Origin: Octopus vulgaris
Taxonomy: Eukaryota
Assembly (NCBI GenBank): GCA_951406725.2
Contig: OX597830.1
Location: 43,090,001 to 43,154,000, forward strand
DNA length: 64,000 nt
Direction of reading: 5' to 3'
Shown: piece by piece, positions 36,400 to 50,920 of the stretch
Layout: every line of letters starts with the position of its first letter
Position numbering within the stretch: the stretch's first letter is position 1
Notes under the pieces: model-generated
Told to the model about the DNA's origin: nothing
Database searches by the model: none
The model's input: only the letters and a program-made list of their open reading frames with translations
Program-made: the position numbers and the translations under genes

Positions 36400-36851
36400 G
36401 ATGGAAGAGGTAGACATGGGTGAGGTTGTGAAGCACAACCATTGAAAGTTGGGCCTCACAGAGGCAATTACAAGAGAGTGAGACCTTTGGAGATATGCTG
36501 TGATTGAGAAGACCCAGCAAGTAAAGTGAGATTGCAACTGAGCCAATACCAGTGCCACATAACCAGCCCATTTAAAAGTAAGCTTGAATTGTCGGGTGAT
36601 ATGGTGTTCTTGAGAAGAACAAAATTGTAGTTGTGGTCGATGCCAGCGCCACCTGACTGGCTCCCATGCTGATGGTACCCACTATGCTCTCGGAGTGGTT
36701 GGCATTAGGAAGGGAATCCAGCTGTAGAAACCTTGCCAGATCAGATTGGAGCCTGGCGCAGCCTTCTGGCTAGCCAGCCCTCAGTCAAACCGTCCAACCT
36801 ATGCTGGCATGGAAAGCGGACATTAAACGACGACGACAATGATGATGATGA
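36400..36851 (+). mobile_element. RTE LINE 3' end
   Basis: W.EVVKH coding remnant followed by the shared UTR and a (GAC/GAT)n tail. Confidence 0.8.
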
Positions 36852-36984
36852 ACTGCATGTTATTTTCATCAGCCCACCTGTATATTGCATTGAGGTTTTC
36901 CTCTAGTTTTGAGTTATGATCAGGAATCTTGACTGCTTGAGGTACTTTAGTATCATTCTGTTAACTGCTACTGTCTAACGCTTA

Positions 36985-37340
36985 CCTTTTAAACAATTGT
37001 CCAGTCACTTCCCTAGTTTTCCAACTACACCAAGATCACACAGTTTGTGGCATATCATTCCATGATCAACTTTATGAAAGGACTTGGCAAAGTCAAAATA
37101 TATCACATTCACATTTGAGTGGTTGAGCTGTTTTAGTACCCAGTCAAAATTTTGTAGAAGTTGTATAAGGCAGCTCCTTCCTAGATGGAAGCCACATTGC
37201 ATGCTTGTGAGCAAACTATTTTCTCCTGGAACCATCACCAGTTTCCTCCTGACAATACATTCCAAGACTTTTGTTAATGCACGAGGTCACAGGGATAGAC
37301 CTGTAATTTTTAGCATTTACTCTGTTTCCTCCTTTATACA
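36985..37340 (-). mobile_element. CR1-like LINE RT fragment
   Basis: QCGFHLGRSCLIQLL...VIYFDFAKSFHKVDH matches the QHGF..GRSC...YxDFxKAFDKVxH motif. Confidence 0.8.
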
Positions 37341-37459
37341 AAGAGCATATCTTACCTTCAGGTGAGTGTATATCAAGTGTAATACTTAAATGGTTATTTT
37401 AATCTAATGTTGTTTCAATTATGTACTTCTTTATACAACTGTCCTCCACCAAACACATC

Positions 37460-38200
37460 ACACAAACATCATCGTCAGCAAAATCTTCTTGCTTGCACCT
37501 CTTATACCTAGTTCTTCTCTCAACATTTTAATTTTGTTGTTCATGCACATTTACATTTCTCATTTAATGAACTATGCTACCTTCATTTCTCAGTCTTCTC
37601 AAGTCCTCTGCATTCAAGGCCATTGTCCCACTACCATGCAGCATTACAGTTCTAACACAAGCATCATAAAATCTGAGGGAAAATAAAAAAAAAACCCTTT
37701 GTTGCCAGCAGTTGAAGCTCCTTCAACCTTTTCCTGCCCATTGGTTCCCTGGTAGCTACAATTTCAGAGCAACCACCTCTCTTGTTACTTTCATCTTTTT
37801 GGGAACAAAAACTATTAATTGCTTCTAGTGAGTCACCTAGGCATTTAGGAGAGTCACTTTACTGCATTTATGTACATTGTTAGTACAACCCTCACAAGCC
37901 ATTTGTTTACACCTAGTTTCCTAAGTGACCATCAAATTATTGAATGTGATACACTGTCAAAAGGCTTCTCCAGGTCAACGAATGCCATGAACAGCGGCTT
38001 TCTTTTAATCAAGTATTTCTTGCACAGTTACCTCACTTGGAAGATTGCATCCATAGTACATCTGCCAAACACAAAGTTAAACTGTGTATCATCTTGGTTT
38101 ACTTCATCATAGATCAACTTTTCTATGACTCTCAGTATGACATTCCTGACCTGAAGCAGTAATTTGTCTAAAACATCACCTTTGACCTTTTCAGTAGCTT
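37460..38200 (-). mobile_element. Old RTE LINE fragments
   Basis: MDAIFQVR*LCKKYLIKRKPLFMAFVDLEKPFDSV in reverse; homologous to 22830-23010. Confidence 0.7.
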
Positions 38201-39790
38201 ACAATGTCATTGGGTATATATACATCTGTACTTCTGTACATTTGTAAGTATATACATGCCTAATGACTGGCAAAGCAATATCTTTGTAAGCTACCAATAC
38301 AGCAAAGGAGTTGTCTATATGTACAGATACATGCAAGCATGTAGACATGCACACACACACACGAATTTATTAAACTTTAACAAAGAGATAGGTGACAGTG
38401 ACTTTGAAGTTTTAGCCTACTATTTCAGCCTGCCTGCTGATGCACAGTCTTTTCCACACTCCCTGCAAGTAAGAGATGCCATATAATGCATAGTTGTAAA
38501 TTTCCCTCTGAGTGTGGTTTCTCTGATGACTTCTAAGGCTTGCCTACTCAGACAGACACCGCCCACACATATTACATGTTAAATTGGGTCATGAGTGAGC
38601 ATAACCAGGGAAATTAATATCAAGACAGTCTGATGTAGGCTAACAGGCCAAAACTTTAAAGTCACTAAACATGTACAATAAATGATGAAGATGAAATGAT
38701 GATAATATATTGAGAAAGAGAGAGAAAAAGAGAAAAGGAAACAGTGAATGTAAGAGAGAAAAACTTTAATTAGCTGCCTGGAAATATAATTACAAAGACA
38801 TAACATTCTGGTGAATTTTTCCTCAAATCCTCCCAGATAATCTGTACTGTATCAGCATAACAAGAACTGAATCAGTGAACCACCTTATGTCATAGGCATA
38901 AGTGACAATTTAGATTGACAATCACAACATCTATATACAAAGCATTGAGTAAGACTGCAAAATGTCTCCATCTTTGTACAGGATTGATGCTAAAATATAC
39001 AAGCCTCAGATAACTATTTTTTAATGTCTGTTTTTATTTTTTTTTAACCTTTTCAGGAGTATATTTTTATTTTTTAAAAATGTTTATTTAATTTCATTCA
39101 AAATTTTTGGCATTGCGCAGTGATAATTTCTGCATCTTTGTTCCTGCATTGTTTTTCATAAGAATGCTTGAAATTCTGAAAAAGATAGTACTTTTATTTT
39201 GAACCCAGACTTAAAGGAAGCATAAAAGGAGCTACAAGAATATTACTTATATGATAAAACAATGTTATTACTAATAATAAAATTAATGATAACATCAAAA
39301 ATATTAATATCAGTATGAGAAACATATTTTTTGATAAGCAAGATGTATCCTTGGCTCCTTGACTGTGTTCTAGTCTGGATTCTAAAATTTAAAGACTATT
39401 CGGAAAGATACCAAGTTTTGGAATCTTTCTCTCTTTTTTTGGTAGGAAGATAAAGAGAAATATTTGTGTTATAAATTTTTAAATCCAATTATGGCATAAC
39501 CTGACATTTGTCAGAATCATCACTATACAATGTAAGAAAGCCTTTGATTGTTAGTGAAGAAGGCATTCACTAAATAATATCAAAATTATTGGTTTAAATG
39601 CTCAGAACCTTCATCTAATGGATTCTCAGTTTGTTAAAAAAAATGTCAAGGGAAGTTTCACAACCATTATAACCCATGTCAGAAAAATAGTCACAATAAA
39701 AAGCATGTTCAAGATATTTTTGTATCAACATATCAGCTATACATTAGGTCATTGCATCTAGTGAGTTACCAAAACAAAATTGAGCTTCAG

Positions 39791-39852
<62 letters not shown>

Positions 39853-40748
39853 TAACAACAATAAATAACAACGATAATAGACTTGTCAATGCCGAAAAAA
39901 GAGTCATGAAGGAAGAAAGTAGGAACGAAAATAAAACTTGGGGAAATTGGTGAAAATTGATTCCTGAGTTCTTGTTAATGGCTTGAATAAATGAAATTCA
40001 GCAAAAAACCTCTTTATTTAGCAAACAGTTATTAATTCGTTACATATTTCCAAATTAGAATATCATGAAACAGACTTTTGTAAATAATTGTTATTTACTC
40101 AAATTCAAACTCGTTATAACTAATTTTTGATAAAAATAATTTAAACCTAATATGTGTAGTTTCTTTTAAGAGGGGTTCCTTGTGAGGTTAAAATATTTAT
40201 TTAAAATGCTGGAAACAGCAGAGGAACTTACAGAGAATACAAAATTTGACGTCAGTTTAACCTGCAAAAAGCTGGTTCGTGAAGCATTTTTTTGTTGCTA
40301 ATAATTTACATTGATTTCTATTGACTAGATACAAAACCCAATTTTTATTGGTACTGAAGAGTAGAAGCATCAGTTGCACTAATATCTGATTGCTACTGGT
40401 ATTTATATTATTAACTCCAGAGATTTAAAAGGCAAAGTTAAGTCAAGGCAGGATTTGAACTCAGAATGTAAAAGAGTAAGAAGACAAACATTTCAAATTT
40501 TTAAATCCAAGAATCTATTATTTTTATCAATTTTCTGCCTGTCCCATTATTGGCTCTTTTATTGAAGCTTTATTGAAGCATAAATCCAATATTCTTTGTT
40601 GGGTATAAGAGTGGATACAGTGAAATGAACTGAGCCTAGCGTATCACTGGTACACATTTTGATTGATTCTGGAGGGATGAAAGGCATAGTTAGCCAATGT
40701 GGGATTCAAGTTCATAAATATAAAAGGACAACACTAAACACCATAACA

Positions 40749-41064
40749 CAGGCAACCCTGCCCACCAGGCTGAGAATCAATACCTGGTTGCGGATCATTC
40801 ATTACTGGGCCAAACAGAAAGAATAAATTCCTAAAAATTTCATTTCTCTTTTATTGACTCTCGCAGACTGTTTTTGCATTATACATGTACTGTATATGCA
40901 ATTTATCATTATATGCATAATATATACAATATATATTATATGTGTAATAATTAAATCCTATATTATGTGCTTCTTTGTTTTGTTATGTGTGTAATCCCCA
41001 GGTCCATGGAAAAATTTTCTTGCGTGAAACAGGTCCATAGTGCCAAAAAGAATCAGAACCACCG
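40749..41064. mobile_element. Old hAT-like MITE
   Basis: Imperfect TSD ccataaca/ccataagg; subterminal ggtccatggaaaaattttcttgcgtgaaacaggtcc..gtgccaaaaag is typical of Charlie-type MITEs. Confidence 0.55.
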
Positions 41065-42355
41065 CCATAAGGTAAAATGGTTCAGCACTCTATTACCTCT
41101 AATTACAAATATTGATATCTTTAATTAGGCAAACGGCCATTATTCAAAGTGAAGAGTTATTTATAATTGAAGGAATTAGTTACCAAATATTTCATCATCA
41201 TCATCATCATCATCATCATTATCATCATTATTATTGTTATTATTATTATTATTATTGGTAATACATCGGTTGTGGAAATGGCACTTTACTCTTTCTACCA
41301 ATTGCTTCTGTTCTTTTGGTTAAAGTTAGAATATTTGAAATTTTATGAAAACAATGAAATATCAAATATTAAAAGATGTAGAAGAAAGAAGAGAAAACAA
41401 AGAAAAGATGACACACATTCACACACATACGCATATACAAATACATACACACATACATATGTGTGTATGAGAATATATATATATATATATATATATATAC
41501 GTATGCATGTATGTATCTATATATATATGTGTGTATGAAAATATATATATACGTATGCATGTATGTCACTATATACATATGTGTGTATGAGAATATATAT
41601 ATACACACACATAAACAAACATGTATATATAAGTATTTTATATAGGTACGTGTTTGTGTGTGTGAAAAAAATATATACACACATGCATATACACACTCAT
41701 GCACACACACATGCAAAACTGGACAACCTTGTTTATATTACACGCATTGCTAAAAATTTACGTGTCAAATAACAGGAAATCTAAAAAAAAAAAATAATAA
41801 TAATAATAATACAGAGTTAGACACACTGAATAAAATAGCAGAACTGTTGATTTCTGATTGTAAAATTTTGAAGGATAAAAAAATCTTCTAAAATCATCTG
41901 AGCATTGGAAGAAAATCTGGAAGGATAAGATATTAAAATCACCAGATTGGGAGAATTCTTTGATTGAAATGAGATTGTTCCCAGTTTAGTAGTAAAAGAG
42001 GGACGGTTGTAGAACAAAAGGGACTCCAAATTTAGGGTTTTTCAATCAGAATCAATGTGCAATGTCTTCTTTCTTGGCTACTGGTGGTAAGATTCACGTT
42101 TTTGAGAAAAAGGAATTTGCTTTTTAGGGCTTCTCTATCTCCCCACCACACTTTTTTTCTTTAAAAAAAAATTTTATCACTGATATCATCATTGTTTTAA
42201 CAATGATGAGGATGATGATATTTTTTGTTAGAGAAAAATCTATAGAAAAAATGTTGATAAAACAAAACACAAAACAATTTCTAACCTTACTTTGAACCAC
42301 ACACACAAACACATTTATGTATATATTTACATATTTATATATATATATATGTATA

Positions 42356-42387
<32 letters not shown>

Positions 42388-42533
42388 ATAGCACAATCAA
42401 TTGTCAACTAATTGATTGTCCCATATTATATATTTATAAACAAATTCCTCTATTTACATGATATCGAGGTCTCATTCATTCTGTTGTCATTTTATTATTA
42501 TTATTAATATATATGTATGTATCTATCTGTCTA

Positions 42534-42567
<34 letters not shown>

Positions 42568-43274
42568 CATATGTATGCAGGTATCATGTGTATGAGAGAA
42601 TGGTTAAAAAGTTTCCCCTAGCAAAAGTCCTAGATCCAATCTTAGAGTGCAATGCTTCTGCCAAGAAATGTCTTCTTTCAAAATCTCAAACTTAACAGAA
42701 ACCTGACGAGTAAAATCAGACTGACAGGAACTATTTGGAAGCCCATTAAATGGAATATACTCATTATTCAAAAGGGCAGAGCTAAGCCTTGTGAATGCAA
42801 TGTCACTCTAACTCTACTTGACCAGTATTCAGCCACTTTTGACATAATTCTATGCATAAGATAGTCCCTCATAAACATTCAAGTACAACTCTGTATACTA
42901 ATGCACGCTTAAGCACCTCACATTTATCTTAAAAAGACCAAAATCTGTAATATTCAAAATGGGTGTCCAAAACCTCAAGATTTAATTTTGAAATCGTAGT
43001 TTTATAATATTTACTCCTGATCAGTATTCGTAAAAAAAAAAGTATTCACAGGCTCATTTTTACTAAAGGTGAACTTAGACGCATTAACAAGATGACAGAG
43101 TTAATTTAATTAAAGACCAGTTTTATTGACAAAAGCACAAAAATATATTACTTCTTTCTGTGATTGCATATTGTTATGTATATGTATATAGATATGCATA
43201 CACTATATACGGAATTGTAGAATTATTTTTAATGTTTGTCTGTTATCCCTTTGAACACAAACATTAAAATAGTA

Positions 43275-43351
<77 letters not shown>

Positions 43352-43394
43352 TATATGTGTATGTATGTATGTACATGTGTCTATATATATGTGC

Positions 43395-43433
<39 letters not shown>

Positions 43434-43708
43434 CATACATACACATATACATACATACACATACATGCGCACAGACACACACACACACATATATGAAGAC
43501 ATAAATATAGTATTTATATATATGTATGTATGTGTGTATATATCTATCTATCTATATATATATATATATATAAACCAGGGCAAAAGAAAAAATTTCTAAT
43601 GCCAAATATGCCGAAACTAGACACAACGTCCATAACCATATAATTCATCACTATAAGCATGCATCTCGAAGAAAGCCGACAGAAATTTCTAAAAATTTCG
43701 TTATTACC

Positions 43709-43764
43709 ATATCGGACCCGATTTCAGAGTTAATTCATAAGAACCTTCTCTTCGTCAGTGATAA
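43709..43764 (-). ncRNA. Minimal type I hammerhead ribozyme-like motif (Penelope-type)
   Basis: Reverse strand reads ttatca CTGACGA agag[18 nt]ctct GAAA tcggg TC cgatat; intact core, 4-bp stem II, one stem I mismatch. Confidence 0.55.
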
Positions 43765-43908
43765 CTGCGGCAAAGAAATAAATGAAATACTCATTTACAC
43801 CCATAGAAGAAGCAAACACTAATTTAAACATAAATTTATCCTTTAAATGTATTTTTTAATATGCTGGCCATTGATAAAATTTTTTGAAAAAATTTTATCC
43901 TATATTAG

Positions 43909-44130
<222 letters not shown>

Positions 44131-44650
44131 AAGTCATTGTCAACACTTTTCATGTTAAACTGTTTTGAGTAATCCCTCAGTTTAATGTAAATATTTTTTT
44201 AGATAACTTAACATAAAAACAAGCATTTACACACACACATATATATATACATATATACATATATACACACATGCATATGTGTCTGTTTGTGCGTGCGTGT
44301 GTGTGTGTGTAGTTCTGTTCTGTTATTTGTAGGATGACCAAAAAAAGTACAGGCCATCCAGTGAAAGATAAATGTCATTTAATATAAACAGTATTTAAAT
44401 GTGAGCTACCAATAGTTTCATGCTGTGAAAACACAAAAATTCAGTAGATTTATACATCCTGCTTTGTATGTACATAAATTTAATAAAAGCCACTGAAAAT
44501 TTATGAATGTAATTTCTGAGTTTCAGTTTTCAGCTTGTAATGAGTACTTTTTTCTTGTAATGCAGACGCTAATGTGCATTTATTCACTTGTGGTATGTCT
44601 GTACAAACACTCACACACAAACTGGAACACTTAATGATATCTTGCCTTAA

Positions 44651-45216
44651 GGCAAGACTAACACCTTAGACATAGGAAAACACCCCTAAATCGAAGATGC
44701 TCTCACTCAGCGGAAATAAAACCTAAGCAAACCAAATATGGCATACATCAAGAACAATGTTAGTCCTATTGGGGTAACAGACTAGATGCTGGATCAAAGA
44801 CATTGATGAAGTTAGCCTAGATTTCGTTGTGAGGTGGCTCATAGCCATATGCAGCAGTTGAAGCATTTTTGACGCCTGGGTAGTAGTATTCAAGTGTCTC
44901 TGGAAGATGAACAAATAAAGTGTATCTAATCACACTAGACGGCCTCTAGGCATCTATCAAAGTAATACACATGCAGAATTTCAGCCTATTACATCAAATA
45001 TTCTTGGAGATATTGTGACCTAAAGATTGCTACTCATAATCTGAAACGACATTTTGAGAAAAATGCAAAAAACGCTGAAAATGGTTGATTGTACAACAAT
45101 GTCAAACTACACAAGGATAATATCCACATTTTGCACAGTCTAATAATGCCCAGAAGCATATCCGTAGCTATTTTTCTGAGATTTTGCTATCTGAAATCTG
45201 AGGTATAAGTCTTGCC
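44651..45216. mobile_element. Non-autonomous Kolobok-like DNA transposon
   Basis: TTAA on both sides; TIRs GGCAAGACTaacaccttaga / tctgaggtataAGTCTTGCC with RR termini. Confidence 0.7.
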
Positions 45217-45650
45217 TTAAGGACAGAGGTGGCCGGAACATATAAACAATGAGATAAATATTATATCAATGGTGATGACAATGATGATACTGACAGCGAG
45301 AATATTTATGATAATAACATCTTGGAATGGGGTCATGACAGCATCAGTACACAGTGAGTCATTATACATATGAAAATACATATGTAACTCTATGCATCAT
45401 GCTCACAATCAATACATAGCTATTGCCCCTCGTTTTCAGAATAAAATAATATTAGCTAATATAGAAACCAGCAAAGAAGATCTGAATGTTGCATCTGGTG
45501 TAAGGCTTCTTTCAGTTTCTGTCTACCTAATCCACTCACAAGGCTTTGGTCAGCCCGAGGCTATCGTAGAAGACACTTGCCTAAGGAGTGAGTCTGGTCT
45601 TTCTTTGTACAGTTGGGATAACTTTGGACATAGAAATAATACATTTCTAA

Positions 45651-46033
45651 ATGGAGGCACAATGGCCCAGTGGTTAGGGCAGCGGACTCGCGGTCGTAGG
45701 ATCGCAGTTTCGATTCCCAGTCCGGGCGTTGTGAGTGTTTATTGAGCGAAAACACCTAAAGCTCCATGAGGCTCCGGCAGGGATGGTGGTGATCCCTGCT
45801 GTACTCTTTCACCACAACTTTCTCTCACTCTTACTTCCTATTTCTGTTGTACCTGTATTTCAAAGGGCCAGCCTTGTCACTCTCTGTGTCACGCTGAATA
45901 TCCCCGAGAACTACGTTAAAGGTACACTTGTCTGTGGAATGCTCAGCCATTTACACGTTAATTTCACGAGCAGGCTGTTCCATTGATCGGATCAACCGGA
46001 ACCCTCGTCGTCGTAACCGACAGAGTGCTTCCA
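45651..46033 (+). mobile_element. Well-preserved tRNA-derived SINE
   Basis: A box tggcccagtgg and B box gtttcgattcc; CpGs retained; flanked by acatttctaaat on both sides (probable TSD). Confidence 0.88.
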
Positions 46034-47130
46034 CATTTCTAAATCTCTCAGAGAGATTTATGCAGTAGCAGCACAATAAAATGATGGCATGTTGTCAACT
46101 TAATGTGACAGTCCCATGAAAGGGAAGAATGCTACTGTTATTTAGCCCTAGGAAACATCGTTTCCTGTTGGACCTGACACATTTCCTGTGTCCTTATGGG
46201 AAACTTTGAACATGTTTCAGTGTTATTTAGATCTCAACAATGAAATATAGTCTAACCATCATTGATGAGCAAAGAAGTATTTGGAAACAGTGAGGGAGCC
46301 TCTTTTATTGACTCCAGAGGGATGAAAAGCAAAGTTGACCTGAACAGGATTTCAACCTAGAACATAAAGAACCATAACAAAATACTACAAGTATCTTCAA
46401 CTGTTTATGTCAATCGACATCCTTACATAATGGTTACAATCGTGATTTCTACCACAGACATAAAACCAATTATCTAGATGGAGCAGAGTCAGTGGATCAT
46501 ATCAACTTCAGTAAATCACTGGTACTTTATGTCATCAACCCTAGAAAGATGAAATACAAGGTTGACCATGCTGTAATTTGAACCCAGTACTGGAACAAAT
46601 GCTTGCAAAATATTTCGCCCAACACTCTACCAATTCTACCACCTTCAAGGCCTTTGTCATTATTGAATGTCTACTTTTCCATGCTGACATGGGTCAGATT
46701 TAATTTGTTGAGGCAGATTTACTACATTTTGATGCTCTCTCAGTCACCAACCCTTCTCTTTTTCCAAGCAAATTAATATTTCCTCTGGTCATCTATAATA
46801 ATCCTTTCTACTATAAGCACAAGGTCCAGAATTTAGGGGACAGTGGGGCTGGTGGATTACACCAATCCCTAGTGCATAACTGGTACTCATTTTATTGACC
46901 ATCAAGGATGAAAGGTAAAACCAACCTCAGCCCAATTTGAACTCAGAATTTAGAGACAAACAAAATACCAATAAACATTTTGTCTAGCATGCTCACAATT
47001 CTGCCAGCTCACTGCATTTTGGCCTTATATAACAACAATAATAATAATGATAACAACAATAATAATAATGATGAAGATGATAATGATAATAATAATAATA
47101 ATAATAATAATATTAATAATAATGAAGATG

Positions 47131-47175
<45 letters not shown>

Positions 47176-47671
47176 TACTTGGCAAGAAATGGGAACAAAA
47201 ACAAAAGAAGAAAATCTCATAATAGCAATAAAGCTTTTTCGTTTTTGGCACAAGGCCAGCAATTTTGAATGGAAGGGAGGAGTTGGGGACGGGGAGAAGC
47301 CCAGTGCTTAACAAGTATTCATTTTATTGCCTCCACCCCCAACCACAAAACAACAAATGGCAAAGTTGACCTTAGTGGAATTTGAACTTGGAATGTAAAG
47401 CCAGAAGAAATGATGTGAAGCATATTGCCAACAGCAGCAACAACTTCAACAACAATGATTTCTATGCCTGCTTTTCCATTTTTTCCAAGATGCTGGCATC
47501 GAATGGACAGGGCCAGTCCCTGATTCTGGAATTGAATGGACAGGGCCATTCAGTTTTTATTTGTAATAACTGCCATTCCAGACAATTTCACTTGTCTGGG
47601 ATCACTTGAAAATTGCATTTTTGTCATTCTTTTCTCTTGTTGGATGTTCTTACAATCATCACATTTGTTCC

Positions 47672-48112
47672 TCATCATCATCATCGTCGTTTAACGTTTG
47701 CTTTCTATGCTGGCATGGGTTGGATGGCAATATTTCTACAGCTGGATGCCCTACCTAACGCCAGCCACTCCGAGAGTGTAGTGGGTGCTTTTATGTGCCA
47801 CTGACACGAGGCCCAGTCAGGCAGTACTGGCAATGACCATGCTCAAAAGGTGTTGTTTACATGCCACCTGCATGGGTGCCAGTCTGGCAGCACTGGCAAC
47901 AACCACACTTGGATGTTGTTTTTCACATGCCACCGGCACATGTGCCAGTATGGTGATGCTGGCAATGATCACGCTCAAATGGTGCTTTTTACGTGCCACC
48001 ATCATGGGAGCCAGTTAGCATCTCTGGCTACGGTCTCGCTCAGATGGTGCTTTTAACGTTTCACTGGCACAAGTGCCAATCAGGCAGTACTGTCATCAGC
48101 CACGTCAGCGAC
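47672..48112 (-). mobile_element. RTE-type 3'-end repeat with ~60-bp internal subrepeats
   Basis: Same family as 500-823; repeated gtgcttttacgtgccacc units. Confidence 0.75.
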
Positions 48113-49799
48113 TTTGATTTTGATTTCATTTAGGAATAAATTTCTATTTAAAACTAAGTCTTCTAAATTGATTCACACCTTACAAGCACCTGTTACCAAC
48201 AGTGGAGAGGGGCATGAAAGTGAAAACCCTAACCTCTCAGACAGGATTTCAAATGAGAAAGTGAAAAAGAAATAAATAATAAACATATTGACCAAACATT
48301 GCAAAACATTTCAGTCTGGCAGCATCTATTGAGAATAAGGTTTTCTAATAGGAGCAGAGGGCCACAAAGTTAGGGGTTGGGGTCAACTGAATCAAACTCC
48401 AGTACATAATTACCACTTTCTTTATCAAGCCCCAGCAGAAAAAAAAGTTAGGCCATGTGGGATTTGAACATAGAATATGAGACATTAATTAAATGTTGCA
48501 AAGCATTCTTTAATGCTATAAGTTCTACCATCCAACACTGATTTTTGAGGGAGACTGGGGGTAGTCTATTATCTCAGCCCCAGTACATCACTGGTACTTT
48601 ATTTTATCAACCTTGTAGAGGTGAAAGGTATGAGAATTGAACTCATAACACAAAGATCCATAGCTGAATACAGCAAAATATTTTGTTTGATACTCTTAAC
48701 ACTTCTGCCACTCCATCACCCTTGGTAATAATTCACCTCTCTGATGATGATGATGATGAGGAGGAGGAGGAGGAGGATAATGATGGTGATGAGTACTATA
48801 GGCACAAGGCCTGAAGTTTCAGGGTGAGGGCTAGTCAGTTATATCTACCCCAGTGCTCAGCATCGACTCCCACCCAAAAGGATGAAAGGCAAAGTCAACC
48901 GCAGCAGAATTTGAACTCAGAACGTAAAGACAGACAAAATGCTACAAAGCATGTTGGGCAAAATGCTAACCATTCTGCAGACTGGCAGCCTCAATAAGAA
49001 TGATGATTCTAGACATAAGCAGAAAGACATACGTTTTAAGGTGTGAGTGGTGGTGGAGGTGGTGATGGTGGGGTGTAGTTAATTAGGCTGGCACCAGAAT
49101 CTGATTAGTACTTAACATTACTAGCCCCAGAAGTATGAATTACAAAGTTGTCCCTGGCAAGATTTGAACACACAACATAAACTGTATATTTCAAAAGATG
49201 TGTTTTTTTGTTTTGTTCTACCAATTCTGCAAATTCTTGGATTGTAATAACAGTAAATTTGTTACATAAGCAGAAGAGCAGAAATTGTGGAGCGAGAGCA
49301 GTTGATTATATAGACCTCCCCCATCCCCGCACCCAATTCTTGATTAGAAACTTATTTGAACAACACTGGAAGGATGAAAGGCAAAACCAACCTTAACTGG
49401 ATTTGAACTCAGAACATAAAAGATCATAACTTAATACTGCAAGGCACTCTGTCTGACAATCTAAGGACTCCACCGGAGAATAAAAATATAATCGCCACCA
49501 GCTTAATGATAAATAATAATGATTTCAAATTTTGGCACAAGGCCAGAAATTTCATGGGAGATGGAGTAAGTCAATTACACTGACCTCAGTACTCAGCTGG
49601 TACTTATTTTATTGACACTGAAAGGATGAAAGGCAAAGCTGACTTCAATAGAATTTGAACTCAGAATTTAAGGAAGGACGAAATGCCACTAAGCATTTCA
49701 CCTGGTATGCTATGGATTCTGCCAGCTTATTGCCTTTTGATGGTTAATAAAATAATTATAATAATAATAATAATAATAATAATGATAATAATAATAATA

Positions 49800-49955
49800 G
49801 TGTGACCATGAGATAGAGAATAGGATGCCAGACATAGTCTTAATTAAGACAGAAAGCAAACTAAGCTGGATCATAAATATAGCATGTTGCCTTAGTTCAC
49901 TGGTAGTGACCAGCTGATACCGTAGTACATCTCCAGGGTTAGAAGTTGTACAAAG
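49800..49955 (+). mobile_element. RLE-LINE (R4/Dong/NeSL-like) endonuclease fragment within an (AAT)n tract
   Basis: CDHEIENRMPDIVLIKTESKLSWIINIAC matches the RLE D..I..RPDIV....K...IIDIA motif. Confidence 0.7.
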
Positions 49956-50269
49956 ATAATGATGATAATGTTAATGATGATAATAATAATAATAATAATC
50001 CTTTCTACTAGAAGCACAAGGCCTCAAATTTGGGGGCAGGGATTAAGTCAATTACATCGACCCCAGTGTGTAACTGGTACTAATTTTATCGACCCCGAAA
50101 GGATGAAAGGCAAAGTCAACCTCAGCGGAATTTGAACTCAGAATGTAACGACAGATGAAATACCGCTAAGCATTTCACCCAGCATGCTAACGATTCTGCC
50201 AAATAATAATAATAATAGTAATAATAATAATGATGATAATGATAAAGATTGCTTTTGCTCACTTACACT

Positions 50270-50437
50270 CACAAGTGTAGCTAGAGTGTGTGCCACCTGG
50301 GGTGGCCCTTCCGTTTGCTGCCCCCAGACCCCACAAAAAACACATATTGTCTACAGCAGACCCAAAAGTGCTGCCCCTTTATAAGTGCTACCTGGGGTTG
50401 ACCACCCCTACCCACCCACACCCTAGCTGTGCTAGTG
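50270..50437. mobile_element. hAT-type MITE
   Basis: Perfect 8-bp TSD cttacact (50262-50269 and 50438-50445); TIRs cacaagtgtagctag / ctagctgtgctagtg. Confidence 0.82.
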
Positions 50438-50889
50438 CTTACACTTGAATCCAGTACAAAATATTTTCACAATTTTCTTAATGCTAAAACGATGAATAGA
50501 TAAGGTAATCCTTGAAGTAAAATGCAGAGGGACAAAACTGAATGATAATATTGTGTAGATATTGGTCCAACATTCTACTTACTGTCTCACACACCTCCAG
50601 AGCCATCCTTCTGATAAAACCAATTTTTCCTCTATCATTTTTTTTTTTGTTTTTTATCAAGACTGAAAGATTTTAAGTTATAGGGGAGAGGACTAGTCAA
50701 TTACATCGACCCCAGTCTTTTGCTGGTACTTAATTTATTGACCCTAAAAGGATGAAAGGCAAAGTCGACCTCATTGGAATTTGAACTCAGAGTTCAAATT
50801 CCAATGACAAAATACTGCTAAGCATTTCACCCGGCATGCTAATGATTTGGCCAGTTCGCCACCTTAATAATAATGATAATAATAATAAT

Positions 50890-50920
<31 letters not shown>

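Noticed and set aside
41817-42095. Possible exon of a third gene in unique-looking DNA ending in gtaag
   Set aside because: No convincing open frame or motif and no partner exons; a non-coding exon cannot be excluded without RNA data.
45651-45726. tRNA gene
   Set aside because: A and B boxes are present, but the sequence continues into a multi-copy SINE body with a TSD; the same holds at 5410, 23131 and 59655.
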